From contig NC_045697.1 of the NCBI RefSeq assembly GCF_009834535.1, positions 103,976,001 to 104,040,000 of the forward strand: a stretch of 64,000 nt of DNA, given 5' to 3'. Positions 1 through 14,149 of this stretch are shown in pieces; the first letter of the stretch is position 1, and each line of letters opens with the position of its first letter. The notes under the pieces were generated by a model. The model was not told the origin of the DNA, searched no databases, and saw nothing but the letters and a program-made list of their open reading frames with translations. Position numbers and translations under genes: made by a program. This stretch comes from Camelus ferus. Its lineage: Eukaryota.

Positions 1-2855
1 TGCCGGTTGTAGCAGGTAAAGCTTGTCTAGGCAATCGAGAGAGAGAGGAAATGAAGAATGCCTTTTCCTTCCTGTTTTGGCCATTAAGTAAAGTTTAGCT
101 AAAGTCTGAAATATAGACCATAGTTCAGTTATTAAATATAGTCCTACTAATACTCCGGGGGCAGAAGGCCACTGAAACGACAGTTGATAGGAACAATATT
201 TGTGTTTTTGAGACCCCAGGTCTTTCTTGCATCATGTTGCATCAGTGTTTTCAATAACCTATGGAACAGCACAGTCACGTGGCAATAGTGTGAAGGACCT
301 CAGGTTTGTTATTCAAATGCTAATCTAGAGGTGGTGATAGGTTTTTTAATAAACATTTTTTCCTCTGGCCTTTAGTACTGGCCTCTAGCACTCCCATGGA
401 CAGAAAGGGGCCTGCTACCTCACAATGGCTTTCTCTCAATGTGTTCTGTCTAAAGAATGCCACAACAGGAAAACCTGTTTGCAAAGAGATGCTTTGCTTT
501 CTCTATTGCAGTTGGGAAGCACAGCTAGTTTACTCTGTCTAAACACCCAGCTCAGCGATTGATGTTAGAGAAAGAAGCTCAGGCCCCTAGAGTGAGTGGA
601 GTTTATAGACTAGCCTTCAGCTTGTAGATCCTCTGTACCAGCCCTAGGGGAGGATAGATTTTATAAATAAAATATTTGTGAACAGCAGTAGTCACAGCAT
701 TATTACAAAGTTTAAAAAAAAAGATATCAAAGGGCACGGTTACATGAAGCCAGCAACAAGCCAGCATTTGCTTCTCTGAAACATGCAGGGCTGCACCAGC
801 AGGTAGGACTTGTTAGTTTGCTCAAAGAAGGATGGAGAGTTGTATGGAAAAACTAGGGATGTTAAAAATGTCTCAAACTCCACATACACTTGGTGCCGAT
901 TTTCCAGCTGGCTTAACATTACAATGTTAGCTCTTTGTATTTGTGAAGCTGTTGGGCCGTTTGATGGTGAACTCGAACTTGAGAAATTAAAGTAGTCACG
1001 ATTTGCCCTTTGGTCTGATCCTGCGGCCAATATTCGAACACAGTGAAATAAGGGTTCACAAGTATTTTCCAGACAATTTCAGTTTAAACAAAAATATTAA
1101 TATCAGGTCATTTTTTTCTGTTGTTGTTGGGTCGGGGGCAGTGGTGTTGTCTCTCTTCCTCTCCCACTGAGATAAAAGTATGTTTAGAGAAATGCTGGTG
1201 GGAACTGTTCCTCACTTCCCCAGTTTCATGGGTTGGTCTGGTTTCTGGCCCGTTCCAGGCATAACTGTGATACAAATTTAAGGTTCTGCACCACATGTCC
1301 TCAGAGAGCTTGGAGAAGGACCCAGAACCAAGTCGAGCCTATCACAGGAGCTGGTTTATTTCTGGAGGCTTCAATTTAAAAGGCCTTTTAGTCTTCTTAA
1401 AACGAATGTATGTCTCCTGACTCAACAAATTATAGTTTATGGAAATTCAACTCTCATGTTTGAACAGAATCAGACTCTGATTTTCTTTAGTGAAGTCTTT
1501 AGTCAGGTTTAGAGGTCTATTTTTTTTTTTTATGCTTGTTTTCGAAATCCTGTAAGTAGACATTACAGCTATGAAGTTTGAAATGATACATAATATGAAC
1601 AGCATTAGCAGAACAGAATAAAATTAGGTCTCTGAAGTCTAACAGTAGTTTTTGTCCAAAAACTATTCTGTGATTGGCGTATAAAAAGTTTCCCTATTTG
1701 TTTAAGAATGTAAAGGAATATCTCTTTAACAGGATTAAGAAAAGTTGCCCCTGTATCCACAGATGAATTTTCAATACAAACTAATCATCTTCTAAACTAT
1801 TCCATCGCAAAGACAGTCTTAGATGGTGGGCGGCTATGCTGGGCCTCTAACTCTTTTTATAGTCTAGGAAATAACCCTCAATTACATAAATTAGAGTAGG
1901 TCAATTAAAGAAAACAAGGGCATAAAGATTATGAAGAAGATTCTCTTGTGTCGCAAATTATGCTTGAAAAACAATTGTTCCTCTCCTATTCTTTAGTAAT
2001 CAGTTATCTTTCTAGAACAAATATATTCAAGTAAGCTCCCAATGCACACTTTGTACATTGCATACATAATCAGTGTTGAAATGAGAGCTGGATGTTGGTG
2101 AGTAATATTTTTTGAATTGAGGGTCAAGGCTGCCTTGTATTCCTCTGGTTAAGACGTGGAAGTTGCAGGAGATTTTAGTTGAGTATTATCCCTAAACAGT
2201 TTTGTTTTTTTTTATAGACTTGTCTCTTTGCTCCCTTTTACTTACTCTTTCTTTAGTATGGTGTAGTATACATAATTTAAATAACCAGGGAATGTCTCTG
2301 GGCTCAAAACCACCTGCTGGCTTATATTAGCTAATTAATGGTGATTTATCTGAGTTACTAATTTGAGTGGAGCTGATTGCCTTTAGGAATTTCGGAAGTG
2401 TTGTAAGAATTCTGATTAAAATTACGCCTTTGTGATGGACAGTCTCCTTAACAGGCTTAAAAAAATGTTGCCTGTTAGCAAATTAAAAAAAAATACCCAA
2501 AACACTGCCAAATCGATGACCTTGTGCTGTTTTCTGGCTCAGAGCATGTCTTATAGCAGCTTGCTTCCCCCTCTACAATTCAATTTTATCTCTGCCAGTC
2601 GTCTTCTCATTTTGTCTCTTACATTAGGGTTTATTTGCCTTTGACTGCTTGAAAAATAGAACTGATCTGGAATCCACAGAGCTTAATCAATTTCACAAAA
2701 ACTAATACAGTAGATTTATTTTAGCCAAACTTATGTGTCAGGTTGGCTTGATTCCCAGGGCCTGAATGTGTGAATTTAATGATGGTACAATGTCTGAGGT
2801 AGGAATATAATATAAAGCTCTCAGCAGTGTATCTATTGGATCAGTGCAATTTATT

Positions 2856-2918
2856 TTTCTTTCTTTCTTCCTTCCTTCCTTCCTTCCTTCCTTCCTTCCT
2901 TCCTTCCTTCCTTCCTTC

Positions 2919-3000
<82 letters not shown>
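2856..3000 (+). repeat. Compound tetranucleotide microsatellite (TTCC)n(TTTC)n
   Basis: Directly visible pure pyrimidine tandem array. Confidence 0.97.
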
Positions 3001-6000
3001 GCTGATCTCAATGTCTCTTAAGGCAATGGAGTCTGTAGACAAAAGCTGGCTATCTCTCTTACTGTGTTCCCACAGCTGTTACAGCCACCCAAGAATCACC
3101 TCCCTAGATAAAGTACATAGCAGGCAACTGTTAAATATACAGTGAGGTTTTGGTGAAACACTGATTTTATTAACTGTGTTCAATTTTGACTTCAGGAAAA
3201 TGAGTAGTAATGAACATATGATTACTGCTTTGAGTCTTTTGGATTTAAAAATAGTTTGTCTAACCTAGGCAGTTGCCTCTCAGCCCCCTTTCCCCCCAAA
3301 AAAGCAATGCAAGTAATGATAAAATACATACAGAGCTTCAAGTATATATATTTTCAGCTTCTACTTATTAATTCACAAATGTCTTTTAAGGAAGAAGGTA
3401 CTTTTTGCATATTCACATTGAAAAATAGGCATGAAGGAATTCAGGTCTGGAGTTCAGGGTTTTTGAGTACAAGCCACCCGTTCTCCCTGTATTGGTGCCT
3501 TATAATAAATGCTGCACTTTCCTTCACCACACACACACAAATATTCAGGGCTAAAAAAGAGATGAGAATTGAGTTTTCAATGACCTCAGACTTACAGTTT
3601 GTCTGGCTTATCTAATACTAAGCACTGTGACTGACATATGGTTTGCCTCTTTTCCTGACTTCTGATACACTTCTAGGATATGAACACCTTCCTTAAAAAA
3701 TAATAAACAATATTCGCCCATAATTTCTACATTAGTTATCAAAGTTGACAACCAAACAGAGCTTTATTATTTGAGTTTTGAGCTGCAAACAGATAGCTAA
3801 AGTTATATCTGGATTTGGGACTTGCAGTCTGTTCTCTAGTGATGACATTTTCCTAGCAGTCAGTGCTTTTACATTTTCAATAGTTCTCTCACCTCTTTAG
3901 TTACTTAGAGTTAGGACTTTCAGTTCCCAGAACTTTTCTCATCTCTCTTTTTTCAGTTGTGCAACTTCCAGTTTCTCAGGACTTGCAGGGCTCCTCAGTC
4001 ATGCTAAATTCAACCATTCTCTACTCTGTTTGCTTGTGCTCTGCTTCTGATGTACTTTCTCCATACCCCGCCCCCCATCCCACAACACTTGCCCCTGAAC
4101 TATGGCTGCTTTAAGTAAAGGAGAAGCTCTTTTTAAAAGTAAATGAGCTCTTCTTAATCTCTTCATTTACTTTATGCTGAAGAGCCATATATTCTTGAGG
4201 ACTGGGATGAAAAATTGTTCTGATCTTCTCTATAGATACTTAGTCCTCCTATTTCTGATTTTACTAAGTACAAGGCTGCAAGGCATTTTTGTTGATGGCA
4301 ATCCAAGTCAAAGTCCAGCTCATTGCATAATGGTTATAGATCTCAGGCATCCCCACTTTCACTGGAACATAGTGTAGAGTATGGTAGAACATAGTATTCA
4401 TTCATAAGCAAATTAATGTACATATGGTGAGATTGCAAAGGGTTTGTTAAAGGTGATGAACAATGGAATTGAAGCTAGTGCTCTTAAGGTGACACAGAGA
4501 GTGGATGTACTTAGCTCACAACTTTCAGATAAATTTAGTTAAAATGACACATTTTAAAAAAATGTAATATCCTTCAATGGTTAACTGATTGAAGGCAGAG
4601 AGCATAGCAAAGAGAGAAATAGAGGTGGTATCAGTTTCTTTAATCTTAGTCACCATCTATAGTGAGCTCTGAAAGTGGAAGTCATAGACCGTGACCCCAA
4701 ACTTGCTGCACTTATAGACTTCACCAAAAAGCCTCTTTTTTTCCATCTGTACCTTATTCCTTTTTCAGAGATGGCACATTAATATTTATAGGCTGACTCT
4801 ATGCAAGTTCTAAACTTTGTTCTAGTGAAAAGATGACACTAAACTACAGGGTTGATTACTGCTAAGCCAGAGGAGAGGAGAGGAGAGTGATGACACCGAC
4901 CTGAATTTAATTCTAACATTTCCATCCTTCTCCTATGGCAGTGCAACACAGTTATGTTCCCAGAGCACAGAAGTGGAGGAAAGACCCCAAAAGAATCTTA
5001 ATCATTTTTTTGAAAGTCTAACTTATGGATTGGGTGTTCTTGATGATTTCTAATGCTCAGAACTAGTTTGCCATTGAGTATTCGATCATCTTGTGATCTG
5101 CTCCATTTCAACAGTGGTAGAGGGGAGAAAATAGACTCCAAATCACAGCTACCGTCTTGTGCAAGGTTCTTATTAAAAACAGCATATTCCTGTAGCCCAG
5201 AGGGCTGACAGCCTCTTCCGAAGCAGAAATGCTGCTCTAAGCGAACCTCAAGGGGCTACTCGAGAGCGATGCAGCCTTCAACCCTCTCATGGGGCAGAGG
5301 GCACTATAGTATCCTATCCAATCACAACTCCAAGCCTCTGTCACCCCAATAAGAAATATTCCTTAAGGTATTACTAATATGCAGTTCCCTGGTTATTCGG
5401 TTAATAAGTATTTCAATAAGAATAATTAATTTTAGAATTAAAATAGAATCCATTTAGGAGACTACATATACCTAGGCTCAGTTAGGTAACAGGGTTTGGG
5501 TTTTTTTTTTTTATTATGTTCAAACACAGATATCATTTGCTTCTTTTATATCACTTGTGCTTGACATTTTATCTACAGATGATCAAAATATAATAAAAGG
5601 ATCACCTCCAGACTGAGGCTCTTAACAATGATGAGCAAAGTGATGCTTGGAGACATGGTGCTGAGGAACAGAAATGTACTGAATAAATTCAGTTCAAAAA
5701 GGATGATCGTGTCCTGAGGTGACACTAATGTCAGTGTTTTTTCTTATTGTCTGCCCAAAGTGACAGCAATTACAAAGAGATTGTTTTTCTTTTTTTTCTC
5801 ATTTCCACCCCCCGCCTCCGCAAAGATCATCAGTTTCCAGTTTACTGATTAAACTATTTCACTTTTTCATGCAGAGGCTTGTTGATTCTCAGTTTGGCCA
5901 TAAGCATTATTTAAGTATTTTTATATGTGTTTCCCTCCAAAATAATCTTCATTAAATGTTATGTCAGATTTTAATATATTCATTATTCTATAAGTCATAA

Positions 6001-7758
6001 AAATGTGATGAAAGCTTTGGAAGAATTTTAGGGCTTATTTAAAAATAGTTAGCCTTGTATACCTTAAAGGCTTGTACAGATAGGTAGGTTTTCAAGTGTA
6101 ATTATCTGATATTTTTAAAATTTAGAGCATTATGTCTTCAGTATAAAAAAAAGTGTATTAAGGTAAATTTAAATGGAAGACACAATTTTTATACAAAGTA
6201 ATTCTCTGTAAGTTAAATTGTAATTTAAATGCCGAGTTATTTCTTTGAAAGAAACTAAAATCACAATTAGGTAAAATGCATTCAACCTTCCAGGTTTTGA
6301 CTTCTAAATCAAAGAATGGGGTAAATTTGAAAATAAAGCTCTAATTTTTATCTTTATGAGAGCATTTTATGTAATGTCTCCCTGAAAGTATCTTTGGAAA
6401 TAAGAACATGATCCTTCAGTGATAACAAGGTATTCATTGTTCCTACTTCAGCACTAATGCAGTGGATCTGGTTTGTAATGTGGCCCCAGACCAAGTGAAT
6501 TGATTAGAAAGGCAGCCTTCCAAAGACGGGCAGACCTTGGCACTTGCCCAGATTTACCATTTTAAATGATGATGATACTCTATGGGTGGGGAGAAAAAAG
6601 AATCTTGATCCAGGAGTGCAAATTCAAAGGATATAAATCAACTGTCAATAACACTGACAGAAATGTTTTTAAAGCTTCAGCTCTCTTGAGGGGACTGTTG
6701 CTCGGACTATATGGCCTCTGTCATAAACACACACTCAGGTCAGACAGTTGAATTCTCCAGGAGAGCAGAACGTGAAGGGCAAGTTGGGGGTTTCAGAAAT
6801 GGAGTCCATCTGGGGAGCAGAGAGGGCATGAGTCAAAAAATTATTTACTCAGACTCACAGGATCTCAGTTCAGCTGTGCTCAGCTAAATGTTAGGTAGAA
6901 AGCAATCAGATTAACCAACCAATTCTCATGAATGAATGGCCATAACCTTCTTACAAATGTTTGCATTTAAAAATGAATGTTTGTTAACTTAAAGAAATAC
7001 CTAATTACTGAACCTCAAACAAGAAGCAAGATGTATGTAAGCCAATAATTCTGACATGTGAGAAAAAATGCTTTTGATTAGGAGATCATGATGTACAAGC
7101 CTGGTCTTTGGCCTGGCATCTACCACAGGACATAGTCCTCCTTTCATTTACTGTTTTCATTGCTGCTTCTCTTTCTTTATTTCTGTACCAATAGGTACTC
7201 TTAAAAATATAGTTTACAATTCATTGCAACATTCTTACTGGGTTGATACTGGATGAGGAAGTATCATTGCTTGGATGGGACAGGCAGAGTTAAATGTTTC
7301 TAAATGAGTATTTTAATGATATATTTATTGCACATGGACTACCTATCTGATAAAAAATTAAACAAGAAAACTCAACGAGTAGTTTTTAAAAGTAGGTTTG
7401 TGAGAAAGCCATTAATCTCATAACTCCTAAATTCTACTGCAGTGATTTTCAAAACTGGATTAAATGACATTATATATAAATATATTTCAGCATTAGGTTT
7501 TATGGGATCTTTGGCAGAGGATGAAATCACAAGGTTTAATGAATTGTTAAATAACTCTTCCTCAATCAATTTATAACACAGGAAGGAAATATAGCCTCTA
7601 GTTTGGTTATAAGGGATTGTGAGAAGGGTTGTGTATTGGGAGGAAGCCTTGGTGGGTAAATCAGTGTCACTAGAACATTTAGATGCTGTTCACTTCTTAA
7701 ATGAATTAAGGTTAAAGAATATCATTGACAAATTTCGATCAGAATTCCTTTAGAATCA

Positions 7759-7856
7759 ATATGAAAATGAATATATGTATGCATATGCATGACTGGGACA
7801 TTGTGCTGTATACCAGAAATTGACACATTGCAATGGATTATACTTCAATTAAAAAA
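7759..7856 (+). mobile_element. Extremely 5'-truncated L1 3' end (~100 bp) with target-site duplication
   Basis: gcatgactgggacattgtgctgtataccagaaattgacacattg…tacttcaattaaaaaa, similar to 53610-53690 and 36320-36395. TSD agaattcctttag(a/g)atca at 7741-7758 and 7857-7874. Confidence 0.85.
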
Positions 7857-8094
7857 AGAATTCCTTTAGGATCATTCATGCAATCATGCTGTAAACGAAA
7901 CATTTAGTTTATCACTGTTTCAGCAAGTTGGCATTAAGATCTCTAGGGCTTCCTTAGGTTTCCTTCATATTATTTTTCACCTCTAGATTTTGACACAAGA
8001 AAAAAATGTTTTCTTATGATCCTAGTGCAAAAATGTCCTTCTATTTATGATACTGTGAATTATCCCCCTTGTAGTTAATTATATCCAGTCTCAG

Positions 8095-8205
8095 GAATCA
8101 GAAAGGCCTGGTTTTAGTCCAAGCTCTACCCACCTCTGGCTGGGTCACTGGGGTCAAAATACTTAGCTTCCCCAAACCTCCACTTTCTCAGTTACAAAAT
8201 AGAGC
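8095..8205 (+). mobile_element. MIR SINE fragment
   Basis: MIR-like core ctggttttagtccaagctctacc…acttagcttccccaaacctccactttctc. Confidence 0.6.
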
Positions 8206-8429
8206 TCCTCCATTGTCTTTCTGTTGGTTTTGACAACCGACCTTGGAGCCTCACCCTTCTGCTCTAATTGCTCGCACCTCAGATCTTTCTCTGCCTTTTC
8301 TTCTCCCCAGATGAAAACTTATTGTTTTGTCCCATTGCCTCAAGGCCTTGCTAACGTGTTAGCTAACTAATAATTCCCCTCCCAGATAACAAAATGCCTT
8401 AATTTAGTGGAAGCAGACGTTTCTTCCTG

Positions 8430-8660
8430 ATGATAATAACTTATATTTGTATAATGATTTCTAGTTGACAGCGCCTATACATATATAATCTCAGTTAATT
8501 CACACGGCATCCCTGAGGTAGGATGTTACTATGCATGTTGAGTAGATGAGGAAACTGATACTAAGAAGAGGGCAAGAAATTTTCCCAAGAATATGTGCAT
8601 AATTTGGGACTCAAATTCCAGGCCCGATGACTCAAAGTCCTGTATTCATTCTTCTTTACA
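8430..8660 (-). mobile_element. MIR SINE fragment
   Basis: agatgaggaaactga core preceded by cacacggcatccctgaggtagg. Confidence 0.7.
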
Positions 8661-11009
8661 GCTGTGATCAATAAAGTGCTCATGGAGTATGAAGAAATTT
8701 GGGAGTTTCAGATCTGAGGGATAGATGATAACGCAAAAATACAATGGAGAGAGCTCACCTGTCACTCACAGCCGTGTGTGCCAGAGCAATCTATTTAACC
8801 TGCCTGGGTCTCAGTCTCCTCACCTTGAACATTCAAGGGTTGGACAAGGTGAACTCTTGGTTCATTTCAGCTTTAACATTTCATGCTTCTATGAACACTT
8901 GCTTCACAGTTATAATTTCTATTCCAATTTTTACTTTCTTTTCAGTTTATGTCAATAGTTTGCACAGAGAATTTAGTTATCAGCGAGTACAAGAGTGTTT
9001 AAAAATGTGTCATCGATGTGTTATCATATATAATATTTTCAAAAGAAAAAAAGAGAGAGGATAGAAAATTGAATATTAAATGTAAAGAATCAAATAGGAA
9101 AATGAGGCTACTAATTTCTCTTGACCAAACAACAACTTCTGTGGGGTTGTCCTCTATATGGAAAAGTGCTTCATTTTAGGGGGGATGTACACGGAGTAGT
9201 GAAGAAAGGAAACATCACTTGGCCACCCCCATCAGCCAAATCAACTCCAGCCATCAAGAGTTGGAAATGTAGAAATAAAGAGATGGGAAATAAGATCACC
9301 ACCATACTCATGGATTACATTTTAAAAAGTCAGATGTAAAACAGTATTAGGCCATGTAGTCAATACTGATGTTGCCTAAGTTAAATACAATTCTCTATTA
9401 TTATTATAAACTGGCTGAGAGAATCTGGCCTGATTTTATAGGACAGGCTAAAAGCAAAATTAAAGAAAAAGATGACGTTTTGAAGGTTTTTTTCCCCTCC
9501 ACATTAACACAACGAGGCCGGCTGAGCTGTGAAACTGTGATGGAAATATTGGAGCTGTTGTGCCTGAAAAAAAGGCAGTGATCATTTCATTCTTCCTGTC
9601 TTTTAATGCTCCAGGGTTTTGGAGACGAATAGGAGCAATAAGTTCACTTTGCAGAATTAATGCAGTAATTCTTTATCATAAGAGCAGAGCATTACCTCAA
9701 TCTGATTTTGCTACAAAATGGTTCAAAGTCTATTTTTAATGATGGCCCTAATTTGTTAACACCTTTTAAATTATTAATCCCCTTTATATTCAAGTAGTTA
9801 TTGCATGTCATAACAATGTATCTATGCAGGGAAATTTAATAGTATTTTCTAGATGTCAAGAAAAGGCTTGTTCTGCAAAATGCTATTAAAACTGATAATG
9901 AGCTAAATATTTGCCATAGCAAACACTGAAATTACTATATCAATCAGCATTGGTCTCTCTTATTCAATAAACAGAAATTAACCTATTAACTATGCCTAAC
10001 TTTCAGCAACAAAACGGTTGCTTTTGAGCATTTCTCTCCTCTTCAAATTATTCTTTTCTTAAAACTACATATTGCCCTATAATATCAGAGTTTTGAATCA
10101 AATCCTTAGTATTTACGGTTGAAATTCTGAGGTACATGTGACATAACATCATGAACTGTTTATGTTAATGACTGCAAATATTTTTACTTTCCTTTTAGAC
10201 ACTGACGTGTAAGAAATAAAAAATACTGTATCTGATAAAGTCAAAAACTCAATCTTTTAAATCATGTTTCAGAATATTTTCCTGATTTTGAGGATTTTAA
10301 ACACTTTCTTTCTTATTTTATAAATTATAGGGTTTTATTAAAGCACACCTATAAAAATATAATAATGAAAGGTAGTACAAGGGTCTATCATTGGTTATTT
10401 ATAACTTTTAGATACTAAAATAAGGATAAAGAATATATTTTTCACACATGCCCAGAATAAAGATGTAGATCCAAAAGCACTTTACACATATTGAAAACAA
10501 AAGAAAGTCAGTCTCAAATCTCTGCTGTGATTTAAGCAGGACAAAACAAATATATTGTCACATCGTGGGTATGCCTTAGTTCCAATGACTACTTTAGTTA
10601 CACTCTGGGCTGATAATCAGTGTCACACAAAAATTCATTCAGACAGGCTTCCATTCAGACACTTCTCTGTTACTCCTTATAAAGTTTAAGGAGCTTGTAT
10701 GTCTTTTAGTTGCTTGAATAATTTCTAAATTTCTAAAAAAAAAAAACACTGCACATTCTAGGTCACTTAAAATAACATTCAAATGATGAACATTAGAAAT
10801 TACATGTGTAGTTCAACATAATGAAAATAACACGTGCATTATGCTTTAAACTTTCATAAAGCTTCTTGTGTCTGTTGCAACTCCCCTGAAGTGGGCAGGG
10901 TATACATCACCTTCATTAAACAGATTAAAAGACAGACCTAGGGAAGTTAGATGATTTGTTCAGCTAGTGGGGGCACTGGGAGAAGAATAGATGTCTCAAA
11001 GTTATAATT

Positions 11010-11302
11010 CTAGTGGTTTTCAATCCTGGTGACTCTTTAGAAATCACTGGGCGAGCTTTTAAAAAATACCATTGTCTGGGTGCCCCCCAATTACTTCCCG
11101 TTTAAATACAAATCCCTGGGAATGAGGTCTCTGCATCAGTAGTTTTTAAAAAGCTGACTGAGGATTCTAAGGTGTACCCTGGGTTGAGAACCCTAGGGAA
11201 CTCGTCAAAATGCGGATTCTGATCCCGTAGACCTGGGTGGGCCTGAGATGCTGCGTTTCTAAAATACTTCCAGGTGATGCCCAAATGTTTTGAGTAACAA
11301 GG
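11010..11302. mobile_element. Two adjacent MER5-type (hAT-Charlie) MITE fragments
   Basis: agtggttttcaatcctgg…ctgggttgagaaccc termini, followed by a second MER5A-like piece (gattctgat…ggcctgagat…ccaggtgatgc…tttgagtaacaagg). Confidence 0.7.
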
Positions 11303-11589
11303 CCATACGTCCTCCTGCACATCGGTTTCTATTACCACCTTGATGCGGAAACTATGTTATCTTCACTTTCTGAAAAATAGGATATTTTCTATTTAAGGAA
11401 TTGAAAGGAAGTATTTCCTTGAGTAGGTCTATAATTTTTTTGACTTAAATAAACTACAATTTGCTTAACAGAGATATACTCAACTGAATTCCGATCTTTA
11501 AGGGGTTCAAACTTAAACATAATCTCAAAAGAAATATCCTCCAAATTCACAAAATTTGGGGTCATTGACCAAGCAGGACAAAGATAGTG

Positions 11590-11925
11590 GTTCAAAGTAT
11601 GGATTCTGCAATCAAACCTGCGTTCAGATGCCAGCTCTCACTCACTGCCGAGTCTCCTGATCTTCCTAAACCTCAGTTTCCTAATGCGTAAAATGGCAGC
11701 ACTAGGTAATATTGGTTCCTTTATTCAATAAATACATTCAAAGCTACTCAATGCCAGGCACTGATATTTACTGGAGAATAGGGCAGCCAAGGTCTCTGCC
11801 GCCAGTAAGCTCACCTTCACCTAACTTATGATATCTTTGTAGGAATAAAAGAGATACTGCTTAGAAATTGCTCAGCATGGGACCTAACATGTAAGGGCTC
11901 AATAAATGTTAGTCATTATTTTATA
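11590..11925. mobile_element. MIR fragments interrupted by an L2 3'-end fragment
   Basis: cctcagtttcctaatgcgtaaaatgg and ctcaataaatgttag (MIR), with ttattcaataaata…atgccaggcactg (L2, antisense) between them. Confidence 0.55.
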
Positions 11926-12379
11926 TTAGCTCTAAGACTTAGCTGTTATTAAGTCCAATTAGCACATACTGTTTTGATATGCTGATAGCCCCAATAAGGA
12001 CAGGAACCATTGATTAAATATACTAATCATAATTTTGGATACAGAACAGAGCTTACAGGCACATTATGTGAATTTGCCCAGGAGCAGAGAGCTTAAGCCT
12101 TCATTATTAAGAAATGTGTGGACTTTAGTTCTCCGTTATATGGACAATTTTTGGTCAAAGGCTATATGTTGTTCAGATGTTTCTAATAAAACTAGTGAGT
12201 GTATCTGTAAATGTGATCAGTAAATTGAAGTAATGGCAATATTGAAAAATCTTGAATGTTAATATATTGATTAAAGCTTTGCATCTCATTAGCTTAGTAT
12301 TGTTGAAAATGGCTCATTTTATTATGAAATGTTTTTAAAGGAGATTTCCTTTTTTCTTTAACATTTTTAAAGAGAGATA

Positions 12380-14030
12380 TTTTTTTTTTAAAGTTGATGT
12401 ATAATTGACATATAACATTATGTTAGTTTCAGGTGTATAACACAGTAATTCAGTATCTGTATAAACTGTCAAATGGATAAATCTAGTCATTATACAAAGT
12501 TACAAATATTTTCTTCTTGTGATAAGAACTTACAAGATTTATTCTCTTAGCAAATTTCAAATATGCACTACAATATTATTGACTATAGTCACCATGCTTA
12601 CATTACATTTCTATGACATTTATTTTATAACTAGAAGATTATACCTCTTGACCCCCTTCACCATCTTGCCCAGCCCCCAACCTCCCTCACCTCTGGCAAC
12701 CACCAGTCTTCCTCTGTATCTATTAGTTATGTTTTGTTTTGCTTTGTTTTTTCAAAATTCCACATATAAGTGAAATCTTATGGTATGTGTCTTACTCTGA
12801 CTTATTTCAAACAGCAAAATACCCTTGAGGTCCATCCTTATTATCAGAAATGGCAAGATTTTTAAAATTATTTTTTATGGCTGAGCAATATATTTATCAC
12901 ATCTTTATCCATTCAGCCATCTATGGACCCTTAGGCTGTTTCTATATCTTGTCTACTGTAAACAATGCTACAATGAACATAGGGGTACACGTCACTTTTT
13001 GGATTATTGTTTTTATTTTCCTCAGATAAATACCTAGAAGTGGAATTTCTGGATCATTTCGTAGTTTTATTTTTACTTTTTGGAGAACCTCCACACTGCT
13101 TTTCACAGTGACCGAATCATTTTACATTCCCACCGACAGTGTATCTGGGTTTCCTTTTCTTTACATCCTTGCCAGCACTTGTTATTCCTTGTCTTTCATC
13201 GATGTCTTTCAGTATACAGTTCTTTTACCTCCTTGGTGAAATTTACTCCTAGGTATTAAATTTTTCTTAAAAATTTTTTATTGAAGTATAGTTGACTTAC
13301 AATGTGTTTGTTTCAAGTGTACAGCAAAGTGATTCAGTTATACATATAAACATATATATATTCTTTTTCAGATTCTTTTCCATTACAGGTTATTAGAAGA
13401 TATTGAATATAGTTCCTGTGCTATACAGTAGGTCCTTTTTGTTTATCTGTTTTATATATGCAGTGTGTATCTGTTAATCCTAAACTCCTAATTTATCCCT
13501 CCCTCCACTAGATATTAACTTCTTTTTGATTCAATTAGCAATGGGATTATTTCTTAATTTCTCTTCCTGATAGTTTGTTATTGCTGTATAGAAACACAAC
13601 AGATTTCAGTATATGAATTTTGTATCCTGCAACTTTACTGAATAATTTATTAATTCTAAGAGGGTCTTTTTTTTTTTGGTGGAATCTTCAGAGTTTTCTA
13701 TATCATTTTCAGAATAATACTATCTGCAAATAGTGAGTTTTACTTTTTTTTTATTTGGATGCATTTATTTCTTTTTCTTGCCTAATTGCTATGGCTAGGA
13801 CTTCCAAAAGTATGTTGAATTAAAATGGGGAGAGTGGCCATCCTTGTCTTTTCCCTGATCTTAGAGGAAAGCTTTTCACCATTGAGTCTAATTAGCTATG
13901 GGATTGTCATATACGGCCTTTATTAAGTTGAGGTGTGTTACTTCTAATCACACTTCATTAAGAGGTTTTTTTTTTTTTTAATCATGATGGATATTGAATT
14001 TTGTCAAATGCTTTTTCTGCATTTCTCCAT
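12380..14030 (-). mobile_element. Degenerate L1 (3' UTR plus ORF2 fragments, internally deleted) with a nested younger L1 3' end
   Basis: Poly-T start followed by antisense L1 3'UTR/ORF2 motifs (cctagaagtggaattt, tttacattcccacc, ccatccttgtcttttccctgatcttagagg). Confidence 0.85.
13260..13507 (-). mobile_element. Short L1 3'-end insertion nested in the older L1
   Basis: ttttattgaagtatagttgacttacaatg… tail. Near-TSD ctag(g/a)tattaa at 13249-13259 and 13508-13518. Confidence 0.75.
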
Positions 14031-14149
14031 TGAGGTTTTAAAAATATTTTATTCATGATCACATTAATTCATCCTTTTCATATACCTTTAACTTTCCTTT
14101 TTACTTTTTTTGATTTTGGGTACACACTTGGTAAATCCAACCCTTGTGA

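Noticed and set aside
2827..3042. ORFs with FLPS/FFLS and KKER/GRKE repeats
   Set aside because: These are translations of the microsatellite.
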